Position numbers and translations under genes: made by a program. Shown here piece by piece: positions 1-9,257 of a stretch of DNA of 64,000 nt; position 1 is the first letter of the stretch; each line of letters starts with the position of its first letter. The stretch comes from a virus. The notes under the pieces were generated by a model, which had not been told where the DNA came from, searched no databases, and worked only from the letters and a program-made list of their open reading frames with translations. The stretch lies in the IMG/VR virus record IMGVR_UViG_3300009163_000019; one strand, written 5' to 3'.

Positions 1-102
1 ATTGATGAAGATGGTACAAAAATGTTTGAGTACATGGAACCTAAACAATCTGTACATTTAAAGCCTAAATATTATAAGTACTTTAACCAATATAATGACT
101 AA
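1..102 (+). CDS. 3' end of an upstream ORF (partial), probably part of the DNA-modification locus
   Basis: Frame 1 is open from base 1 (IDEDGTKMFEYMEPKQSVHLKPKYYKYFNQYND*); its TAA overlaps the ATG at 102. Confidence 0.7.
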   Translation: MDEDGTKMFEYMEPKQSVHLKPKYYKYFNQYND

Positions 103-1145
103 TGCAAAAATTTATAATTAACGAAAAACTTCTAGATGCATTAGATGAATATGATAAGCGAAGTCTACTAATGCAACAGCATGGTAGTTTAAAACTTCCG
201 TATCAAGGAGATCTATATAAAGATATAAATGATGATCTAATTTATCACGTACCTATTTATGATACTGCGCATCGTAGATTTGCTGCATTCTGTGCATTTA
301 CTGAAGCTATATGGTATAAAGAAAAAGATATAAGGGGAATGGGTAATCACTTTACCAATCATGATATTAAAGATGATTTTAATTGGTTCATGTTATTTTA
401 TTTATTTAGGTTGTGTGGTTCAGGAATTAATTATGTACCTAGATATAAAACAGATCATATCAAGGACATATTAGGAACGCATGGTTTCGGTAATTTTTGG
501 ATCGTAAATTCTATATTGAAAGAGCATTACACATGGCCAGAATGGAAGCAAGACCTTTATAATAGGATAACTCCATTTACAGATAATAAAGGTTATCTAC
601 TTCCACAATTTACATTTGAAGGTGAAACTAGAGGACACTTAAGAAGATTTATTCTTGATCATGCAGAAGGTTTAGTTAGACACATATATGAAGCTGTTAC
701 TACAAAAAGACTCGACATATATCAAGTAACTGATTTAGGTAATGAATATCTAAACAATATTGGATTTAAAAGACAGAATTTTGTTGTAACTGCATTTGCA
801 GCCGATTTAGCAGAGTATTTTCCACAGTACGTTAATCCTAAAGGTTGGGTATATGCTGGAACAAATGCAGTTCGTTGTATTAAAGCAATATTTCCTAAAG
901 TAAGTCCTAAAATAAAAGAGTTCGAATATATTAATGAAGTACTACAATTCTTATCAAATAGATATAACTTAAATCCTATTGATTGTGAAGATAGTAGAGC
1001 TTGTGACGTAGTAAGATATTTTCAAGAATATCAGTCCGAAGATCATATTATTAAAAACAATGGTAGAAGAATGTATAATAATTCAATTCTCAAACAAACG
1101 TGGGGTCATGATAAATACTATGACTTCGCAACTAAATTAAAATAA
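102..1145 (+). CDS. aGPT-Pplase (amino acid:DNA transferase)-like protein, HhH-glycosylase superfamily
   Basis: FVVTAFAADL...YAGTNAVRCI and C-terminal DCEDSRACDVVRY parallel the F..Y...DL / GPGA.RGL / E..LCE..KY motifs of aGPT-Pplase clade 1; lies next to a PLP enzyme and a TS homologue. Confidence 0.65.
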   Translation: MQKFIINEKLLDALDEYDKRSLLMQQHGSLKLPYQGDLYKDINDDLIYHVPIYDTAHRRFAAFCAFTEAIWYKEKDIRGMGNHFTNHDIKDDFNWFMLFYLFRLCGSGINYVPRYKTDHIKDILGTHGFGNFWIVNSILKEHYTWPEWKQDLYNRITPFTDNKGYLLPQFTFEGETRGHLRRFILDHAEGLVRHIYEAVTTKRLDIYQVTDLGNEYLNNIGFKRQNFVVTAFAADLAEYFPQYVNPKGWVYAGTNAVRCIKAIFPKVSPKIKEFEYINEVLQFLSNRYNLNPIDCEDSRACDVVRYFQEYQSEDHIIKNNGRRMYNNSILKQTWGHDKYYDFATKLK

Positions 1146-1154
1146 AACAAAAAA

Positions 1155-1838
1155 ATGAAAAAAATCACAATCATAGTAGTAGGTCTACTAGTAACATTAT
1201 TCAGTTGTAAAACAAAAAATGAAGACATTAAATTTGATAAAGCTGTAAAAATTCACCAAGGATCTTTTGCATTCTGTGGAGCATCAGCAGCAATTCCTAC
1301 TGGAAAAAAGATTATTGTTCAAGGAGTAGAATATGATGAAGGATGCGCTGTATGTCCTGTATTAACAGGTCCATCTATTTCTAATTTAGTAATGGAAGGT
1401 GTAAGCGGAACTTATGGAAAGTTTAATGTAAATAAAAACTTTCAAACTCCTGATGGAAGTGATACTACAGTATGGTCTTTATTTTGGTATTATGATTCAA
1501 CAACTACTGTACCACAATTTAATCCAGCAACTAAAGAGTGGGAATTTTTACCTCCTATAAATCGTTCGTTTATTGTAAATTTAGATTCTCCAAGTACGAG
1601 TGAAAGTAATATGTTTGCAATGCCAGGAGTTATCTTTGATACAACATCTACTGGTATTATATTAGCAAGAGTATATGGACCACTTAATGAAGCAGCAGTT
1701 CCATTACGTAAAGCAGTTCCTATTACATCTGGAATGAAATCTATTACTGCAGCTAAAGAAGGATTTCCATATCCAGTAGGAACCCCAGTGCCTATTATTG
1801 AATTAAGCAAAGAACTTCAAAAAGAAGAAAAAAAATAA
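1155..1838 (+). CDS. Lipoprotein of unknown function
   Basis: MKK + hydrophobic stretch + LFSC lipobox, followed by a Lys/acidic-rich segment. Confidence 0.6.
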   Translation: MKKITIIVVGLLVTLFSCKTKNEDIKFDKAVKIHQGSFAFCGASAAIPTGKKIIVQGVEYDEGCAVCPVLTGPSISNLVMEGVSGTYGKFNVNKNFQTPDGSDTTVWSLFWYYDSTTTVPQFNPATKEWEFLPPINRSFIVNLDSPSTSESNMFAMPGVIFDTTSTGIILARVYGPLNEAAVPLRKAVPITSGMKSITAAKEGFPYPVGTPVPIIELSKELQKEEKK

Positions 1839-1841
1839 CTA

Positions 1842-2729
1842 ATGTTTTTAAACAAAGCTACAGATCAATCAAATTTAGATATGTCAGATGGTAGAGATTT
1901 AAACTATTATCTTGAAATGACAAAAGACTATAAACATGATTTTCAGTTTGAATTAAAACAAGCAGAAGGTTATACTATAGTAGATGATGGAACATTTCAA
2001 TACGGAAGTAAAGCTAAAATGGCCGACTTCATGATTAGTCAAGTAAAAGAAGATACTTTAATTTATGTAGCGCCAAGAACAGGTTATGCTCCTTATTCAC
2101 TTACTTATCTTGCAAAAAAATATAATAAGAAGTTGATCCTGTTTATGCCAGCATCTAAAGAAGCATCAGAACACCAACTAAGAGTTATTGAAGATGGTGT
2201 GACTCCTATATTTTTAAAAACTCCTGCTATGCCAACTATTAATGGTTGGGCAAAAGATTTTGCAAAAAAAATTGGAGCGAAGTATTTACCATTTGGACTT
2301 AAACATGAACAAGTTGTAGCAGGGGGAGTAAGAATATTTCATGATGCATTTAAAGATAAAATAATTCCAAATATGTGGACTGTATTTTCTACAGGAGTTT
2401 TATCTAGAACATTACAAATCGCTCTACCTAATACAAATTTTAATGCTGTAGCAGTCGCAAGAAATGTGCAACCAGGTGAATTAGGTAGAGCTAAATTTTA
2501 TACACACCACAAAGACTTTCTAAAAAATGCTGAAACAGAAACTCCATTTGATTGTATAAAAACTTATGATGCAAAAGGTTGGGAATACATGAAAAAATAT
2601 GGACACTTAAAAGATTGGTTTTGGAATGTAGCTAGAAATATGCCAAAGCCAACAATTAAGCCAAGTGATATTGATTCTCAACGAGAGTGGGGCGATAAGT
2701 CTGATATTATTAAGTACTTAGGAGAATAG
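1842..2729 (+). CDS. Fold-type II PLP-dependent enzyme of phage DNA-hypermodification loci
   Basis: DDG.FQYGSKAK (PLP Lys), YVAPRTGYA, WTVFSTGVLSR Gly loop, YDAKGW. Confidence 0.75.
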   Translation: MFLNKATDQSNLDMSDGRDLNYYLEMTKDYKHDFQFELKQAEGYTIVDDGTFQYGSKAKMADFMISQVKEDTLIYVAPRTGYAPYSLTYLAKKYNKKLILFMPASKEASEHQLRVIEDGVTPIFLKTPAMPTINGWAKDFAKKIGAKYLPFGLKHEQVVAGGVRIFHDAFKDKIIPNMWTVFSTGVLSRTLQIALPNTNFNAVAVARNVQPGELGRAKFYTHHKDFLKNAETETPFDCIKTYDAKGWEYMKKYGHLKDWFWNVARNMPKPTIKPSDIDSQREWGDKSDIIKYLGE

Positions 2730-2765
2730 TTTTATTAGATTAATAAATTTAATTATATTTACTTT

Positions 2766-3071
2766 ATGAATATATTAGAACAAGCAAATGAGATCATTTA
2801 TAAAAGAAATGAAGAAAAAGCTAGACAGTATGGACCAATGCAAGAAGGCATGCAAGAAGCGGCTAAGATAGCCTCTCTATTGTCTCACAAAGAAATTACT
2901 GCTGTAGATATGTACAATTGTATGATAGCCTTAAAACTATCTAGACAAGCATATAATCATAAAGAAGACAATTTGCTAGATGCAGTTGCATACATGGCAT
3001 CATTAAACGATTATCAAAATAATTTACAAAATGAAAATTCTAAAGACGAGAGACGTAAAGACACCAAGTAG
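2766..3071 (+). CDS. DUF6378-like all-helical protein (possible nucleotide pyrophosphohydrolase)
   Basis: IL.QA..II..R...YG, MIALKLSR...HKEDNLLDAVAY. Confidence 0.6.
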   Translation: MNILEQANEIIYKRNEEKARQYGPMQEGMQEAAKIASLLSHKEITAVDMYNCMIALKLSRQAYNHKEDNLLDAVAYMASLNDYQNNLQNENSKDERRKDTK

Positions 3072-3459
3072 AGGAACATCTGAAAGTGCTGGTATAGATT
3101 TTTATGTGCCTAATGATTTTGAAGATGTAGTATTACAACCAGGAGAATCAGTATTAATTCCATCAGGAATTAAAGCTCAAGTTCCAAGAGGAAATGCATT
3201 AATTGCATTTAATAAATCTGGAGTTGCTACTAAACAAGGTCTTATGGTTGGAGCTTGTGTAGTTGATGAAGACTATGAAGGAATTATACATCTTCATATG
3301 ACAAATACATCAAATAAAGAACAGCTTATAAAATCAGGACAGAAACTAGTACAATTTATTTTACTACCTGTAAACTATTCTGAAGTACAAGAAGTACATG
3401 AATTACAATCTAGAAATACAGAAAGAGGATCCGGAGGATTTGGATCAACAGGACTTTAA
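3031..3459 (+). CDS. dut: Trimeric dUTPase
   Basis: SAGIDF, KSG, VVDEDYEG, QFIL, RGSGGFGSTG motifs. Confidence 0.95.
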   Translation: MKILKTRDVKTPSRGTSESAGIDFYVPNDFEDVVLQPGESVLIPSGIKAQVPRGNALIAFNKSGVATKQGLMVGACVVDEDYEGIIHLHMTNTSNKEQLIKSGQKLVQFILLPVNYSEVQEVHELQSRNTERGSGGFGSTGL

Positions 3460-3473
3460 AATTATAAATCATC

Positions 3474-3686
3474 ATGCTTGAATTCAAACATCCAATACCA
3501 GTAATAGTAGAAGGAGGAAAAGAGGGGTATGCTATTTATGTTGTTAATGGTGGAACATTTGAAAATGATATATGGTGTATTGTATTATGTGAAGGTGGTA
3601 CAGTTAGACATTATAGAAGTGATCAAATTAAAATGCATCATAATTCAACTTTAGATTTATCAAAAGATGAAAAAAATAATAAATAA
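3474..3686 (+). CDS. Hypothetical protein
   Basis: Co-oriented ORF in the operon. Confidence 0.6.
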   Translation: MLEFKHPIPVIVEGGKEGYAIYVVNGGTFENDIWCIVLCEGGTVRHYRSDQIKMHHNSTLDLSKDEKNNK

Positions 3687-3897
3687 ATTTGGTCTAGAAT
3701 TAGAAATTGGAGACAAATTATTAATAATAACAGATAGGATAGACGATAAAATGTTAGCAAATGTTAGCCTAAATGAAATAATAACAATAACTGGATTCTC
3801 TGATAATGAAAAAATAATGTATCATCATAATTCTTTAGCATTACCTGTAGATTGTAATATTTACAAAAAATTAGAGGGTGATAAAAATAATGAATAA
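3667..3897 (+). CDS. Hypothetical protein
   Basis: Overlapping co-oriented ORF. Confidence 0.55.
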   Translation: MKKIINKFGLELEIGDKLLIITDRIDDKMLANVSLNEIITITGFSDNEKIMYHHNSLALPVDCNIYKKLEGDKNNE

Positions 3898-4291
3898 ATT
3901 AGATAAAGTATTTATTAATATAGCAAAGGAAACATCTACTCTGTCACACTGCGTTCGATCTAAGGTCGGCGCAGTTTTAGTTAAAAGTGGAAATATAATT
4001 TCTTTTGGCTATAATGGAACTCCTGCAGGAATGAATAATGAGTGTGAAGAAAATGATGTTACTCTATCTCATGTTATACATGCTGAAGTAAATGCTATTC
4101 TTAAAGCGGCAAAAACAGGAAACTCTGTAGATGGATCTACTTTGTATCTAACTCTTTCACCATGTTTAGACTGCTCTAAACTTATTTTGCAATCAGGAAT
4201 TAAAAAAGTTGTATATTTAACTAACTATCGTAATCTTGAAGGCGTAGATTTTCTTAAACAATTTATAGAAGTAGAACAATATGGAGAATAA
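3878..4291 (+). CDS. dCMP deaminase (probable start 3890)
   Basis: VGAVLV, GYNGTP, HAEVNA, PCLDC zinc motifs. Confidence 0.92.
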   Translation: MIKIMNKLDKVFINIAKETSTLSHCVRSKVGAVLVKSGNIISFGYNGTPAGMNNECEENDVTLSHVIHAEVNAILKAAKTGNSVDGSTLYLTLSPCLDCSKLILQSGIKKVVYLTNYRNLEGVDFLKQFIEVEQYGE

Positions 4292-4925
4292 AATATATAA
4301 AACACCGACTATAGCATTTGAATATCTTTATCATTATATATTAGGTAAAGGTGAAGACTTTGCTGGTACTAAAGCTATATTCAATTCAGTATTTAGTATA
4401 CAAGATCCAACACAAAAAGTAATTGAAACTCCTAAACGTAAGTTTAATAAAGACTATGCTGACTATGAATGGGATTGGTATGTAAAAGGTGATAGAGACG
4501 CAAGTGAAATAGCAGAGAGAGCAAAGATCTGGAAACAAATGATGGTTCCATTTACTACAGAAGTAAATTCCAATTACGGATACTTTTGGAATTATAATGA
4601 TCAGCTTAAAAGAGTTATTGATGAACTAAAAAGAAATAAAGAAACACGTCGTGCAATTGTTGTACATTACATATTACATGAATTAGATAGATATCAATAC
4701 GATACTCCATGTAATGATGTACTTAATTTTTATATTAAAGATAATAAATTACAATTAACAGTATTTGCAAGATCTATAGACTTAGTTTACGGATTTTGTA
4801 ATGATCAATATACCTTTGCAAAGCTAATGGAATTAGTATCAGAAAAAACTGGTTATCCCGTTGGTGAAATGCACTGGATGATAACTAATCTTCATATATA
4901 TCCAAGACATTACGATTTATTATGA
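4281..4925 (+). CDS. Thymidylate synthase-family enzyme, probably a dCMP hydroxymethylase
   Basis: NSNYG, TRRA, DTPC (catalytic Cys), RSIDLVYGFCND, NLHIY; Asp at the E. coli ThyA Asn177-equivalent position. Confidence 0.85.
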   Translation: MENKIYKTPTIAFEYLYHYILGKGEDFAGTKAIFNSVFSIQDPTQKVIETPKRKFNKDYADYEWDWYVKGDRDASEIAERAKIWKQMMVPFTTEVNSNYGYFWNYNDQLKRVIDELKRNKETRRAIVVHYILHELDRYQYDTPCNDVLNFYIKDNKLQLTVFARSIDLVYGFCNDQYTFAKLMELVSEKTGYPVGEMHWMITNLHIYPRHYDLL

Positions 4926-5389
4926 TTATACCAACAAGATTATCAAGAGAAACTTTAGAGGCTAAACTATCTACTTTACCTAATAAAACATATAATAAAT
5001 TTATGTGGTGGAGAAGATATCAATCTAGGCAAACTATGCCTGATAAATCTACATTCTATGATAAGATTGTAAATGGCGATTTTGAAACCTCTGACTATTA
5101 TTATCAAGCAGAATATGAAAATTATCTTTTAGAAGATACTATAAAAGATATGAAGCACTACGAAGATAAAGTTACTCATATAGGTTTATTTAGAGCCAGA
5201 CATAAAAGACTTATGGAAGATTACCAAAAAGAAGAGGCTGAAATTTTACGTAAATTAAAATTAGAATTTAAAAAAGTATTCAAAATATCTAAAGAGGATT
5301 TAGAAAAGATTATGGAAACTTTTGATGGAACAACTTTAGATCTATATATTTATGTTAAAGACTTAGTAAAAAATAATATACCCTCCTAA
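4922..5389 (+). CDS. Hypothetical protein
   Basis: ATGA-coupled to the TS gene. Confidence 0.65.
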   Translation: MIIPTRLSRETLEAKLSTLPNKTYNKFMWWRRYQSRQTMPDKSTFYDKIVNGDFETSDYYYQAEYENYLLEDTIKDMKHYEDKVTHIGLFRARHKRLMEDYQKEEAEILRKLKLEFKKVFKISKEDLEKIMETFDGTTLDLYIYVKDLVKNNIPS

Positions 5390-5408
5390 TTTAAAATAAA
5401 TAAAGTTT

Positions 5409-5981
5409 ATGAATGTACAATTTCAAGATTCTTTTTTTAAATCACTGAAGCGTTTATCTTGGCACGAAAGTAAGCCGTATAAATTTTATAAGCTTTTTTC
5501 TAATGATATTCCATTATTTTTAAAAAATATTTGGGCTTTTCGCCGTGAACTTTGGTCACATAGATGGTGGGATTATCATTTTACTTTAGAAGTATTTCAG
5601 AGATCATTAAAAATTCAAGAACAAGGAATTAGAACTAAGGGCATGGAAATAGATTCCAGTAGACAAAAAAAAGAATATAAAATTAGAAAAGCAATTCAAC
5701 TTCTACAAAATAAATTAGATTCTAATTATATAGATAGAACAGAAGAAAAGTATGGTAAATTAAGTGATAAAGAGTGGAAATTTGAAAAAACAGAAAATGA
5801 CAATTATATTTTAGTAGACGAAGATTCAGAGGAAGAAAAGGCTCATAATAGAATGATCTTTGATAAAGCACATAGATTAGAAGAAAAAGAATGGAAAGAA
5901 TTATGGGAAATCATAGAAGGAAAAAAATATAAAGAATATAAGGATTGGGATGGATCTGATCTTAGAACCTGGTGGGATTAA
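5409..5981 (+). CDS. Hypothetical phage protein (C-terminal WWD)
   Basis: 190-aa ORF with A-rich leader. Confidence 0.65.
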   Translation: MNVQFQDSFFKSLKRLSWHESKPYKFYKLFSNDIPLFLKNIWAFRRELWSHRWWDYHFTLEVFQRSLKIQEQGIRTKGMEIDSSRQKKEYKIRKAIQLLQNKLDSNYIDRTEEKYGKLSDKEWKFEKTENDNYILVDEDSEEEKAHNRMIFDKAHRLEEKEWKELWEIIEGKKYKEYKDWDGSDLRTWWD

Positions 5982-6187
5982 TAATTAAAAAATTTAATAA
6001 TATGATAGGCGTTATCGTTTTAATTTTAGCAATTTCAGGATCCTTAGCTTGGTTATGGGCTGGAGGTATAGAATACATGCGTAAAAATCATCCAGATTAT
6101 AAAGGAAAAGATTTTTTAGATTTTGATCAAGATGAGATAAATAAAAAAGCAGGTAGAGACTCTTGGGATGATCATTTGGAAGATTAA
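5972..6187 (+). CDS. Small membrane protein (probable start 6002)
   Basis: One TM segment. Confidence 0.55.
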   Translation: MGLIIKKFNNMIGVIVLILAISGSLAWLWAGGIEYMRKNHPDYKGKDFLDFDQDEINKKAGRDSWDDHLED

Positions 6188-6199
6188 ATAAAAAAAGTT

Positions 6200-6397
6200 A
6201 TGAGTTGGTCAAGTTATGAACAAAGAAGAGACTTCTTATTAAAAACAATGAAAAAACAAACTGATCATTGGTTAAAGGAAGATCAATACGAAGAATGGCA
6301 GAAAAAAAATAAACCAAAAAAAACGTATACTTTTATTCCAAAAAGAACAATACGAACCCAGGATATTTATAATAAAAAATGTTTAGATTATTATTAA
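6200..6397 (+). CDS. Hypothetical protein
   Basis: AAAAAGTTATG leader. Confidence 0.5.
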   Translation: MSWSSYEQRRDFLLKTMKKQTDHWLKEDQYEEWQKKNKPKKTYTFIPKRTIRTQDIYNKKCLDYY

Positions 6398-7023
6398 TAA
6401 TATCAATAGTTCCTTTTCTTAATGTACCATTAAAGGCACAAGATACAGTGAGATTGGTCCATAAAGAGTACATTACAGTATTTTCAAAATCTTTAAAATA
6501 TCCGGTATTAGTTGAATGGTGGGAAACAAAAGCTAAAGTAACTTGTGTAAATCCAATTCCTAGAAAAGACCAATTTGCGCCTGATCCTCTTTTAGCAAAA
6601 GAAACAGATCTAATGGCTGATTATAAAGGATCAGGAACTGATCGCGGCCATATGGCCCCAGCAGCTGATAATCAATGTTCTGGAGATCAAGCTATGAAAG
6701 AGTCTTTTTATTTTTCAAATATGACTCCACAATATCATAGTCTTAATGCTGGAGATTGGAAAACATTAGAAACACTAACTAGAGATTTAGGAGCAAAAGA
6801 AGATTCAGTTAAAGTGTGGGCGGGATCTATTGGGTCTTCAAAAAAAATAGGATCAATACATGTTCCTACAAAATGTTGGAAAATTTTATATATAAAGAAA
6901 ACAAAGGAATGGATGGCATATATATTCAATAATGATACATCTAAACCTGATGGAATAAATAATAATAAAGTAACAGTAGAAGAAGTAGAAAAATTAACTG
7001 GTTTTAAATTTAAAATAAATTAA
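6379..7023 (+). CDS. Secreted DNA/RNA non-specific endonuclease (NucA/EndA family)
   Basis: Signal peptide; DRGHMAP, FYFSNMTPQ, LNAGDWKTLE, VPTKCWK. Confidence 0.92.
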   Translation: MFRLLLIISIVPFLNVPLKAQDTVRLVHKEYITVFSKSLKYPVLVEWWETKAKVTCVNPIPRKDQFAPDPLLAKETDLMADYKGSGTDRGHMAPAADNQCSGDQAMKESFYFSNMTPQYHSLNAGDWKTLETLTRDLGAKEDSVKVWAGSIGSSKKIGSIHVPTKCWKILYIKKTKEWMAYIFNNDTSKPDGINNNKVTVEEVEKLTGFKFKIN

Positions 7024-7024
7024 T

Positions 7025-7282
7025 ATGAATGTTATGTATTTTAGCGCTGATTGGTGCGCTCCGTGTAAAGTATTTAAACCAATTGTTCAGCAGGTATCTC
7101 AAGAATTAGGAATCGGAGTACAATATATTAATGTAGATTACGATGCTTCTTATGGTGAAAAATATTCTATAACATCAATACCTACAATTATAGTATTAGA
7201 TAATTTTGGAACCGTTGTATATAGAAATTCCGGAGTTGTGTCAAAAGATCAATTAATTAAGGAATTAACTAAATTTAAGTAG
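7025..7282 (+). CDS. trxA: Thioredoxin
   Basis: FSADWCAPC, SIPT cis-Pro motif. Confidence 0.9.
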   Translation: MNVMYFSADWCAPCKVFKPIVQQVSQELGIGVQYINVDYDASYGEKYSITSIPTIIVLDNFGTVVYRNSGVVSKDQLIKELTKFK

Positions 7283-7321
7283 ACTTCGTAGATATTTATT
7301 TCTGAATCAATAGAAGTAAAT

Positions 7322-7921
7322 ATGGACATTAGTAAACTTAAAGGGCATATTCCTGAGACAGTTATAGCTCAAATACCTGATACTGCGGCAAAATTTGAAC
7401 TTAATACACCATTAAGATTAGCTCATTTTCTTGCTCAATGTGGTCATGAGTCTGGTGGATTCAAATTAGTTAAAGAAAACTTAAACTATGGAGCAAAAGG
7501 TCTCCGTGGTATATTTGGAAAATACTTCCCAACAGATGCAAAAGCTTTACAATATGAAAGAAAGCCTGAAAAAATTGCAAATTTGGTTTATGGAAATAGG
7601 ATGGGCAATGGACCAGAATCATCAGGAGATGGTTTTAAATATTGTGGCCGGGGCTTTATTCAATTAACAGGTAAAGATAATTATACATCTTTCGGTAAGG
7701 CTATCAATGAAGATATTGTAGCTAATCCTCAATTAGTTGCAGACAAATATCCTTTATTATCTGCTGCATGGTTTTTTCATAAAAATGGTTTACATAAAAT
7801 TGCAGATAAAGGTGCTACTGATCAAGTAGTTACAGAAGTAACCAAAAGAGTTAACGGAGGTACAATAGGACTCCCAGATCGCATAAAACACTTTAAAGAA
7901 TATTACGAATTGCTAAAGTAA
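7322..7921 (+). CDS. GH19 family endolysin
   Basis: AHFLAQCGHESGGF, ENLNY, GRGFIQLTGKDNY, VNGGTIGLPDR. Confidence 0.92.
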   Translation: MDISKLKGHIPETVIAQIPDTAAKFELNTPLRLAHFLAQCGHESGGFKLVKENLNYGAKGLRGIFGKYFPTDAKALQYERKPEKIANLVYGNRMGNGPESSGDGFKYCGRGFIQLTGKDNYTSFGKAINEDIVANPQLVADKYPLLSAAWFFHKNGLHKIADKGATDQVVTEVTKRVNGGTIGLPDRIKHFKEYYELLK

Positions 7922-7968
7922 TAGGTTTCATAAAGGTTGTATATTTTTTAAAATTAAAAATAGACCTT

Positions 7969-8211
7969 ATGAAAAAGTTTTTTTCTGACTTATTTAATGA
8001 TAATAATTCTATCAATGAAAAAGCCGTTATTGGTTTTTTAGCATTTTGCATGATGTGTATATTTGCAATTGCCGATATAGTAACAGGTACTATGGATAAA
8101 CCATTATTAGTAAATGAGTTTATTTATGATTCATTTAAAATATTAACAATTGCGTGCTTTGGTATAGCTTCTGTAGATAAGTTTATTAACAAAAAGAAAG
8201 ATAATAATTAA
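7969..8211 (+). CDS. Two-TM membrane protein, holin candidate
   Basis: Two hydrophobic helices and a basic C-terminus; directly after the endolysin. Confidence 0.55.
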   Translation: MKKFFSDLFNDNNSINEKAVIGFLAFCMMCIFAIADIVTGTMDKPLLVNEFIYDSFKILTIACFGIASVDKFINKKKDNN

Positions 8212-8222
8212 AAACCAATATT

Positions 8223-8471
8223 ATGGAAAAGATCCCAACAAAAAAAGCAGAATCTCTAATTAGTGCCTTAAAAGGAAAAAAACCAGTTGTTATCATTGCT
8301 TGTGTAGTAATCTTTATTGTAGGTATATTTGCAGTTAAAAAAGGCTACATTGCAGAAGACATGTTAAATGTTGATACTATTGTATCATTTGTTAATGGAG
8401 CTCTTGGAAGTGACTCAACTAAAGCTGCTGTTGATACTGCTGCTCATGTAATTGATAGCTTACCTAAATAA
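8223..8471 (+). CDS. Single-TM membrane protein
   Basis: TM segment VVIIACVVIFIVGIFAV. Confidence 0.55.
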   Translation: MEKIPTKKAESLISALKGKKPVVIIACVVIFIVGIFAVKKGYIAEDMLNVDTIVSFVNGALGSDSTKAAVDTAAHVIDSLPK

Positions 8472-8477
8472 TTAAGT

Positions 8478-8837
8478 ATGAAAAAATTAATTATTTTATT
8501 GTGCTTATGTTTAAGTATTTTTGTGGTTGATGCTCAAACATCAAAATTAAAACCTAAATTAATTGAAGGATCTATTATGGGATTCAGTAATGGTAAAGGT
8601 AAGGTCGGAATTGGAGGAGTATCATCTTCATTTTTAAAAGTAAATATTTCTAAAAAATTATCAATAGGAACTGCATTAGCTCCTATTCTTTGGTTTGACA
8701 CTGAAAAACATAATCACAGTTATGGTACAGCAGGTTTTGCTATAAGAGCAGATTATAAAAAAATTAGCCTAGGTTGTAATTTATTAACAATTGCCGGTGT
8801 TGATACAAAATTTGTAGGCATCGGTGTAAAATTATAA
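8478..8837 (+). CDS. Secreted/outer-membrane beta-rich protein
   Basis: Signal peptide ending DA-Q; amphipathic beta strands; C-terminal GIGVKL. Confidence 0.5.
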   Translation: MKKLIILLCLCLSIFVVDAQTSKLKPKLIEGSIMGFSNGKGKVGIGGVSSSFLKVNISKKLSIGTALAPILWFDTEKHNHSYGTAGFAIRADYKKISLGCNLLTIAGVDTKFVGIGVKL

Positions 8838-8844
8838 TACCCCT

Positions 8845-9249
8845 ATGTCACAGATTTCGCAACAAGAAAAAACAGCTGAATTAGAAAAATCAATAGCCAT
8901 TGATAAAGGTAAATCGGATCTAATAGAAAAATTAGTATTTATTTTATTCCCTATATGTGTATCAGCAATCGGATGGTTACTTACTCAAGTAAATAGTTTG
9001 AGTGATAATATTACAGTCCTTAACAATAAAGTTAATATTGTAGTAAATGCTGAAAATAAAGCAATACCGCCTCAAGGTACTACTATAGAACTTGAACAAT
9101 TAAGAGCTAGTGCTATGCAAGCTAGAGCTGATATGAAAATGGATATAAATGAAAAAATAACTGCTATTCAAATAGGAGCAATGCAAGAAAGAGCCGATAT
9201 TAAAGCTCGTTTAAGTGTAGTTGAATCTAGATTAAATAATCACAAGTAA
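8845..9249 (+). CDS. TM + coiled-coil protein (lysis-module candidate)
   Basis: TM helix followed by heptad-rich region. Confidence 0.5.
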   Translation: MSQISQQEKTAELEKSIAIDKGKSDLIEKLVFILFPICVSAIGWLLTQVNSLSDNITVLNNKVNIVVNAENKAIPPQGTTIELEQLRASAMQARADMKMDINEKITAIQIGAMQERADIKARLSVVESRLNNHK

Positions 9250-9257
9250 TAAAATTA

